Shown here piece by piece: positions 60,001-64,000 of a stretch of DNA of 64,000 nt. A program made the translations under genes and the position numbers. Location: the NCBI GenBank assembly GCA_035084275.1, contig CM068755.1, positions 9,548,001 through 9,612,000 on the forward strand. Reading direction: 5' to 3'. Origin of the DNA: Hydrolagus colliei. Lineage: Eukaryota. Each line of letters starts with the position of its first letter. Positions within the stretch are counted from its first letter, which is position 1. A model generated the notes under the pieces. That model made no database searches. It had not been told where the DNA came from and saw nothing but the letters and a program-made list of their open reading frames with translations.

Positions 60001-63000
60001 TGCCGGATTGCCAGAAGCAGATGGTTCAGGTGAGGCTTGAGTGTCCAATTATTTATGATGCACCAAATGTAAACGTCATCCTCCCGATATGAAATGTGCT
60101 ATACAAATGTTGTTGTTGCTGTGATCAATTCATGTTTCTATTGTTTAGCACGTCATTAGCACGTTAAACCTCATTAACTCCCGAGATATATAGAGCTGTG
60201 CTTAACTAACCACAGCCGGTTTGCACACAGCAATGTCCCACAAATAAGCCATGAGGTGAATGACCAATTGTAGTTAGTCACTAATTAAATATTGAGTCAT
60301 TGATATAAAGTGTTTTTACATGTTCAGCCGTATCTTGAATCCCGGTGTAAATAAATGGATCACTATATCTCTCCTGTTACTTAGGTTCTCCAGAATCAGA
60401 GGAGGAACTCAGAGCTGAAGATGCTGAACTGACACGTAAGGAAACCCTGGCAGCAGGTGATGCGCCGCTGTTTGACGATTATAAAGAGGCTGTAGCAATC
60501 GAAGAGCTGACCAACTTGCAGCTGAAGTTTGAGATTAAAGAGGTATAAAAATTGCCGATTATGTGCATGTTTTTTTTCTCTCATAGATTGCACGATTCGT
60601 GTTCTTTGAAACCCTACTTTTGTGCATGTGCTTGTGTGTATTTGCGTAAAATACGAGGGCAATTTTTATCTGCTTTGGCTTTGAAATTGTCTTAGCTCTA
60701 GATGTACCCTTCATGGCAACCTGTTAGTTATTATTTAGCTCTCCAGGTGAAGAAAACATTTGTGATATCTGTCCTGAAATTGCCCTAAACCAAAGTACTG
60801 TTGTTCTACTGTCTTGGTACACCCTGAAGTGTTATTCTGTTTCAATCCCATTTGAAATGTTTTAGACCACGATGACGTGCCCTCTGAGTTATGTTCTCTC
60901 GAGACTGAAGAGTCCCAGTCTGTCTAATCTTGGCTCATAACTCATTCTTTGACGCTGGAAATTGTCCTTGTTGCTCTTCTCTGCACTCTCTCTCGGGCCG
61001 GGGCAGCCCCCTTATGTTGCGGAGAACAGAACTATGTGTGATAGTCCAGGTGTGGCCTGATCAGAGCACAGTATAGCCTGAGTATGACCTCCCATTAACT
61101 GCTTTAGCAGTATAGACCAGTATCCTGTTTGCTTTGTTTATTGCTGTCACACTGTTTTGACACATTGAGCCACGAGTTAACTACGTCCCTAGTCTCTTTC
61201 CGTTTCCTCTTTGGCAAATTCCATCCCATCCACGGAGAACATATGTTTCCTATTCGAACTTCCTATATATATTATCTTATGTTTATCTGTATCAAACTTA
61301 ATTTGCCAGTTATCAGTTCTTGTACATAAACCCATCAAGCTCTCTTTGTTGCACATTTTTACTGCTCCTCTGATCCTGCAGTTATCCCGATTAATATGTT
61401 CAGTAAAAGCCTGTTTATCCGGCACCCTCGGGACCTGGCCAATGCCGGTTAAAGCGCCTGCCGGATATTCGGCCGAAAACGCAACAAATAAATAAATAAA
61501 TAATAATTTCAATGCATTTTTCCGGATAAATCGGATCCCGGAGTATCAGCAGAACTTATCAGGTGAAGTGGTTGATTATCAGCACCTGGAAAAGAAAAAA
61601 GAAAAATCACCAATTTCATCGAAAATTAATACAGTATTTTAAAATGTTGAATTAAAATGAAAACATGCCAATTATCCGATCGGGTGCCGGATAAATGGGC
61701 TTTTACTATACAAGGAACAAGACGATGAATCGAAAGTCATGCAGCCCACCCACTCACCGTAATTATTTAATTATGTCATCCAATTGTATTTCTGAGTAAT
61801 CCTAATGGTTTTGCTATTTTTACCTTTCAAGGAAGATCATTATTTCCTTTGCTCCATATGGATTGCTTGGTGTGCAGTAAGATGAGTGCTATGTTTAGTG
61901 GACATGATGTCTTGTTCTTCACATCTTGAGCAGTTCGAAATGCGGCTTGTTGAACAATAGCCAACTGCTCGATAACTAGAAATCCTTTTATCATTATTCT
62001 ACAGGTAGTTGTAGAACTCACCAGGAAAGAAAACACGGAGAAACCTTTCCTTGTTTTCAGCGTGTCTCAGCTAGGTACTGAAGCCAAAATTAGAACATTT
62101 GATTTAACAGCTACATCATATTTGAAGAAAATCAACTTGGATTATTGTGAAATTCAAGGTAAGCACCAAACACATAATGAGTCTATCATCGTGATGTCTT
62201 TAAGTGGTGATTAATAAGTACAGTATTTTAATTGATCATGTTTTTAGAATTTGGTTCTGAATCTATTCTGGGAATAGTGTCCCTTCCATCTTGTGGTCAG
62301 CAACAGAATATAATAAAATCCCAGGAATTTACAGCATTTCTTTTTTAAGAATGCGGTCAGTGTGTCTACAGTTAGCAATATTAATCCATCCAGTTGAAGC
62401 TTAGTTCATTCGGATTTGAAGTCTTAATATAATGAGCATGTTATGCCCTCTGTGGCAAGCTACTTCAACTTCCTCTGTGCAAAGATCAGTCGCTTATTTC
62501 AGCAGTTTTATTTGGATTTGTTCCTGCGACATTTGATACGGTGCCTTTCATACCAAGAAAATGTCTGAAGCAGTTTGTAGCATATAGTGCAAAGTGTAGT
62601 GGCTGTATTTTGTAAATGATTCTTTAATATATATATCTTTAAACACAATGCTGTGTTACATAGAATGAAACAATGATATGGCTTGGAAAGAGTTATTTGG
62701 CCAAACTCATGTTTGTCAGACAAGTTCTTTTGAGGGGATGTTTGAAAATGTTACAAGACTTGTAAAAGTTTGGCAAGACTGTCCAGATGTTTCACATTTG
62801 TTTATCCTCGCTTTCGGCAGTGCAGAGACAGCAGAATGAGTGAGTTGCTAAGGGCAATTTTTGCGCAGGCACAATGATGAATTTCTTTACCTAGGGGTTA
62901 ATTAGTTACTGAAGCAGGTTACCAGGAAGGGTGGTTGAGATCACGACACTGGATTCATTTTTGAAAACACGCACAGCTTATTGCTTTAATGGACAGGGGA

Positions 63001-63510
63001 CAGAGGGTCTAATAGAAGGATGAGTTCAAATGGACCAAAGGATCTTTTTCATCTGAACCTATTATTGCACTCTACATAGAGTAGAGCTTTATGAATGCCT
63101 TTCTGTTTGAGTCAAATTTTTGGCATGTTTTCATTTTAATTCAACATTTTAAAATACTGTATTAATTTTCGTTGAAATTGGTGATTTTTCTTTTTTCTTT
63201 TCCAGGTGCTGATAATCAACCACTTCACCTGATAAGTTCTGCTGATACTCCGGGATCCGATTTGCTGAAAGTGGAATATGTTAAGGTTAAACTGCATGAC
63301 GATTTGTTAAATTTATTTTAGTCCAAGCATAATTTGATTTCATGTCTAATATTCACTGTTTTCTTTTTTCTTAATGCCTAATTTGCTTAGGGTGTTGAAA
63401 CTTGACTAAAACGTAATTAAATTTTTTTATGTGTGTTATGTGCGTTGCAGGCTGATAAAAATGGTCCACAATTCAAAGATAATTATGACAACACTGAACA
63501 AATGGTTAAG
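26819..63510 (+). CDS. VPS13C: Intermembrane lipid transfer protein VPS13C, exons 1-30 (5' part, 1031 codons; continues past the window)
   Basis: Chorein-N start [34 protein letters not shown]. Thirty GT-AG exons join in one open frame (3093 nt). Has the VPS13C-type exons 6/7 and lies next to C2CD4. Confidence 0.96.
27005..27157. repeat. (CTGT)n/(TG)n microsatellite
   Basis: Read directly. Confidence 0.9.
27158..27293. other. Assembly gap (N run)
   Basis: 136 Ns. Confidence 1.
28285..28496 (+). mobile_element. L2-type LINE 3' end, second subfamily
   Basis: ctggaactcccttcc...ttcaggtcacagctaaagacctttctttttgacc, tail ggcgtggagggctctatataaatccac(gtt)n. Confidence 0.75.
29025..29068 (+). CDS. 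VPS13C: VPS13C exon 2 (44 nt)
   Basis: ctag|[15 protein letters not shown]|gtaagt. Confidence 0.95.
29348..29848 (+). mobile_element. Composite of two SINE pieces with an antisense L2 tail nested at ~29623-29683
   Basis: Head ggagtcttgtagc, second CORE segment from ~29510, family tail to 29848. Confidence 0.85.
31462..31504 (+). CDS. VPS13C: VPS13C exon 3 (43 nt)
   Basis: acag|[14 protein letters not shown]|gtaagc. Confidence 0.93.
34844..34939 (+). CDS. VPS13C: VPS13C exon 4 (96 nt)
   Basis: atag|[32 protein letters not shown]|gtaagt. Confidence 0.95.
37333..37369. repeat. Perfect 18-bp inverted repeat, 1-nt spacer
   Basis: caggttcaacaatcaaca-a-tgttgattgttgaacctg. Confidence 0.97.
38003..38104 (+). 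CDS. VPS13C: VPS13C exon 5 (102 nt)
   Basis: taag|[34 protein letters not shown]|gtactt. Confidence 0.95.
39060..39690 (+). mobile_element. Old degenerate CR1 RT fragment
   Basis: Remnants FQKAFDK, cacaaaggtccatttt, tttattgcagataaatgtaa. Many stops and indels. Confidence 0.6.
39765..40005 (+). mobile_element. L2 LINE 3' end
   Basis: tggaactccatcccgcagcc...gactgttcagtgctttaggacgtcctcccgac...ttgttgttg matches 4460-4680. Confidence 0.8.
40506..40568 (+). CDS. VPS13C: VPS13C exon 6 (63 nt, probable cassette exon)
   Basis: gaag|[21 protein letters not shown]|gtaggt; phase 1-1. Confidence 0.88.
40775..40895 (+). mobile_element. SINE 3' tail
   Basis: tatacagtcaattcactttacagtatatt...aagcgctatatcaaatgcaaggattattattatt. 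Confidence 0.85.
43041..43103 (+). CDS. VPS13C: VPS13C exon 7 (63 nt, basic, probable cassette exon)
   Basis: taag|[21 protein letters not shown]|gtatgt; phase 1-1. Confidence 0.88.
43893..44078 (-). mobile_element. CR1 LINE 3' fragment
   Basis: [16 protein letters not shown] matches the CR1 ORF2 end. 3' UTR similar to the 44.9-kb copy. Confidence 0.85.
44848..46030 (-). mobile_element. Young 5'-truncated CR1 LINE (~1.18 kb; RT ORF 46024-44927, 365 aa)
   Basis: [49 protein letters not shown]. (attctatg)n tail. Candidate TSD tatc at 44844-44847 and 46056-46059. Confidence 0.96.
46030..46084. repeat. Perfect 26-bp inverted repeat, 3-nt loop
   Basis: ctaattatagtttcagtttcaagcag-tat-ctgcttgaaactgaaactataattag. 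Confidence 0.97.
46324..46433 (+). CDS. VPS13C: VPS13C exon 8 (110 nt)
   Basis: tcag|[37 protein letters not shown]|gtaagt. Confidence 0.96.
46623..46682 (+). CDS. VPS13C: VPS13C exon 9 (60 nt)
   Basis: tcag|[20 protein letters not shown]|gtaaga. Confidence 0.95.
46781..46992. mobile_element. Tigger/pogo-like MITE, copy 2 (212 bp)
   Basis: TA-cagtaaaagcccatttatccagcaccc ... gggtgccggataaacaggcttttactg-TA. Confidence 0.92.
47215..47400 (+). mobile_element. L2 LINE 3' fragment
   Basis: ctctggaactc...tccttcaaggcccatctcaagaccttcctcttt ([11 protein letters not shown]). Confidence 0.7.
48000..48230 (+). mobile_element. Possible LF-SINE-like ancient repeat
   Basis: agaaggtccaaggtccaattcctgattggcgctgagtttgttgacttca resembles the LF-SINE-type body as I recall it. 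Highly diverged. Confidence 0.35.
48290..48915 (-). mobile_element. SINE split by a nested MITE
   Basis: Tail half 48290-48485 and CORE half 48853-48915 join into the family consensus once 48486-48852 and one TA are removed. Confidence 0.9.
48486..48852. mobile_element. Tigger/pogo-like MITE, copy 3 (367 bp)
   Basis: TA-cagtaaaagcccgtttatccggcaccc ... gataaatgggcttttactg-TA. Confidence 0.92.
49322..49612 (-). mobile_element. Full-length tRNA-derived SINE, followed by another tail at ~49625-49750
   Basis: Minus strand ggagtcctgtagctcagtagttagagcactcgcc...tatcaaatgcaaggattat. Confidence 0.92.
49833..49892 (+). CDS. VPS13C: VPS13C exon 10 (60 nt)
   Basis: ctag|[20 protein letters not shown]|gtattt. 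Confidence 0.94.
50754..50834 (+). CDS. VPS13C: VPS13C exon 11 (81 nt)
   Basis: ttag|[27 protein letters not shown]|gtatgt. Confidence 0.94.
51317..51374 (+). CDS. VPS13C: VPS13C exon 12 (58 nt)
   Basis: acag|[19 protein letters not shown]|gtaagt. Confidence 0.9.
52021..52148 (+). CDS. VPS13C: VPS13C exon 13 (128 nt)
   Basis: caag|[13 protein letters not shown]...[10 protein letters not shown]|gtaaaa. Confidence 0.93.
52678..52784 (+). CDS. VPS13C: VPS13C exon 14 (107 nt)
   Basis: ccag|[35 protein letters not shown]|gtaaga. Confidence 0.95.
53227..53522 (+). mobile_element. Full-length tRNA-derived SINE
   Basis: ggagtcctctagctcagtggttagag, ttcgaatcc, accttgggcaggtttccttactccac, tail with (att)n. 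Confidence 0.93.
53786..53957 (+). CDS. VPS13C: VPS13C exon 15 (172 nt)
   Basis: acag|[36 protein letters not shown]...ILKHVQ|gtaaaa. Confidence 0.95.
54544..54606 (+). CDS. VPS13C: VPS13C exon 16 (63 nt)
   Basis: ttag|[21 protein letters not shown]|gtaact. Confidence 0.95.
54655..54785 (-). mobile_element. L2-type LINE 3' tail with (TTGA)n end
   Basis: (aatc)n cttacatttatatagcgcctttcacgtc...cccaaggtgctgtacagtc. Confidence 0.7.
54838..54970 (+). CDS. VPS13C: VPS13C exon 17 (133 nt)
   Basis: tcag|[34 protein letters not shown]...VPE|gttagt. Confidence 0.94.
55051..55135 (+). mobile_element. DeuSINE-type tRNA head fragment
   Basis: gtgtcagcctggctcagttgg...ggttcaaacccc...aggacttg, same head as the 12.9-kb copy. 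Confidence 0.6.
55262..55356 (+). CDS. VPS13C: VPS13C exon 18 (95 nt)
   Basis: tcag|[31 protein letters not shown]|gtctgg. Confidence 0.95.
55784..55926 (+). CDS. VPS13C: VPS13C exon 19 (143 nt)
   Basis: tcag|[19 protein letters not shown]...SQRPGAQAL|gtaaga. Confidence 0.95.
56188..56380 (+). CDS. VPS13C: VPS13C exon 20 (193 nt)
   Basis: gtag|[17 protein letters not shown]...[10 protein letters not shown]|gtaagt. Confidence 0.95.
56747..56861 (+). CDS. VPS13C: VPS13C exon 21 (115 nt)
   Basis: tcag|[38 protein letters not shown]|gtaaac. Confidence 0.95.
57045..57181 (+). CDS. VPS13C: VPS13C exon 22 (137 nt)
   Basis: ctag|[29 protein letters not shown]...LDFGSFQ|gtatgt. Confidence 0.95.
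57250..57455 (-). mobile_element. SINE (long-CORE variant, internally deleted)
   Basis: Minus strand ggagtcctgtagttcggtgattagagcactcgcctcgcaagcgagagac...gggcaagtttcctctgtttac. Confidence 0.82.
57806..57938 (+). CDS. VPS13C: VPS13C exon 23 (133 nt)
   Basis: acag|[10 protein letters not shown]...[27 protein letters not shown]|gtccat. Confidence 0.94.
58686..58803 (+). CDS. VPS13C: VPS13C exon 24 (118 nt)
   Basis: tcag|[21 protein letters not shown]...[12 protein letters not shown]|gtatgt. Confidence 0.95.
59411..59546 (+). CDS. VPS13C: VPS13C exon 25 (136 nt)
   Basis: tcag|[33 protein letters not shown]...TKAK|gttagc. Confidence 0.93.
59942..60029 (+). CDS. VPS13C: VPS13C exon 26 (88 nt)
   Basis: acag|[29 protein letters not shown]|gtgagg. 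Divergent linker, but the phases fit. Confidence 0.82.
60385..60542 (+). CDS. VPS13C: VPS13C exon 27 (158 nt; 149 nt if the acceptor at 60393 is used)
   Basis: ttag|[13 protein letters not shown]...[14 protein letters not shown]|gtataa. Confidence 0.88.
60690..61330 (-). mobile_element. Old degenerate CR1 fragment
   Basis: [11 protein letters not shown]...EETERD. ctatactgtgctctgatcaggccacacctggactat ([12 protein letters not shown]). Confidence 0.75.
61401..61708. mobile_element. Tigger/pogo-like MITE, copy 4
   Basis: cagtaaaagcctgtttatccggcaccc ... gggtgccggataaatgggcttttacta-TA. Confidence 0.9.
62005..62158 (+). CDS. VPS13C: VPS13C exon 28 (154 nt)
   Basis: acag|VVVELTRKE...[31 protein letters not shown]|gtaagc. 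Confidence 0.95.
62730..63070 (+). mobile_element. Old CR1 3' fragment
   Basis: ttgaggggatgtttgaaaatgttacaag...ttctttacctaggggttaattag...ggaagggtggttgag remnants of the CR1 ORF2 end. Confidence 0.55.
63206..63285 (+). CDS. VPS13C: VPS13C exon 29 (80 nt)
   Basis: ccag|[27 protein letters not shown]|gttaaa. Confidence 0.95.
63451..63510 (+). CDS. VPS13C: VPS13C exon 30 (60 nt)
   Basis: gcag|[20 protein letters not shown]|gtgaga. Confidence 0.94.
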
Positions 63511-64000
63511 GTGAGAATTTTGTGCTCCAAATGTTTTTCTTTTGAAACACAGGATACGAGTGATTCATGATGAATCATTACAACATTAGACAGTTTAAAA
63601 TGAAGTAAGCCATTAGTAATGTGGGTTAATGACAATACAATAATACTAGGTCTTGAAATATAAGGAAGAAAACAACGTATGAACTGATTTGTACTTTAAG
63701 AATAAAGCATGATCCAATTTCTAATTATTTCAGCATTTAAATGTCATGAAAAATAGTCTGCAGATTGAAAGGCATTGACCTACTTTATTAACCGACATTG
63801 CAAATGTATCTTTGAAAGGGCAAAACTGGATAAATGTATAGAAATACCTCTGTTGTAATCTGTAGATGAAGAACTGAATTAATCATGAATCAAATTACGT
63901 AGATGATTTCAATGAAAAAGAGTACAATACTGTATATTACAAAAGGATAACATTTGGTCTGGTTAAATGGAGGTCACTGGGTGATACTGCATAACAAAAA

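Noticed and set aside
60045-60070. Intronic IIYDAP resembling an FFAT core just after exon 26
   Set aside because: Out of frame with exon 26, preceded by an in-frame TGA on read-through, and without supporting splice sites.
26819-63510. VPS13A instead of VPS13C
   Set aside because: The exon 6/7 peptides, the LEHWYVTGL segment and adjacency to C2CD4 fit VPS13C.
1-64000. CRISPR array, operon, phage-defence or other prokaryotic-style system
   Set aside because: This is spliced vertebrate DNA. There is no repeat-spacer periodicity, and the RT-like ORFs are ordinary CR1/L2 fragments.

Overview
Vertebrate genomic DNA. The SINE/LINE content suggests a cartilaginous fish, possibly a holocephalan (inference). 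From left to right: (1) ~15 kb of non-coding, repeat-scattered sequence that synteny suggests is 5' intronic sequence of TLN2 on the minus strand (no TLN2 coding sequence is visible). (2) A CpG-rich promoter region (~15.3-18.75 kb) with several minus-strand splice donors. (3) A single C2CD4A/B-like gene with a non-coding exon 1 and a 450-aa single-exon CDS (23336-24688). (4) The first 30 coding exons of VPS13C (26819-63510, + strand). I spliced these by hand into one open frame of 3093 nt (1031 codons) with GT-AG introns throughout, and the gene runs off the window. Repeats include tRNA-Ala-derived CORE-type SINEs, older DeuSINE relics, L2 and CR1 LINE fragments (one young 1.2-kb CR1) and four TA-targeting Tigger/pogo-like MITEs. 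There are two N gaps. I found no novel multi-gene system. The best leads are: apparent loss of the VPS13C FFAT (VAP/ER-tether) motif with a possible replacement nearby; conserved cassette exons 6/7 with UGC-rich acceptors; repeated templated-insertion and fold-back scars, notably a perfect 26-bp hairpin at a CR1 5' junction; and modular CORE/Deu/L2-tail SINEs that often host nested insertions. Homology statements come from recall of the families, not from searches.
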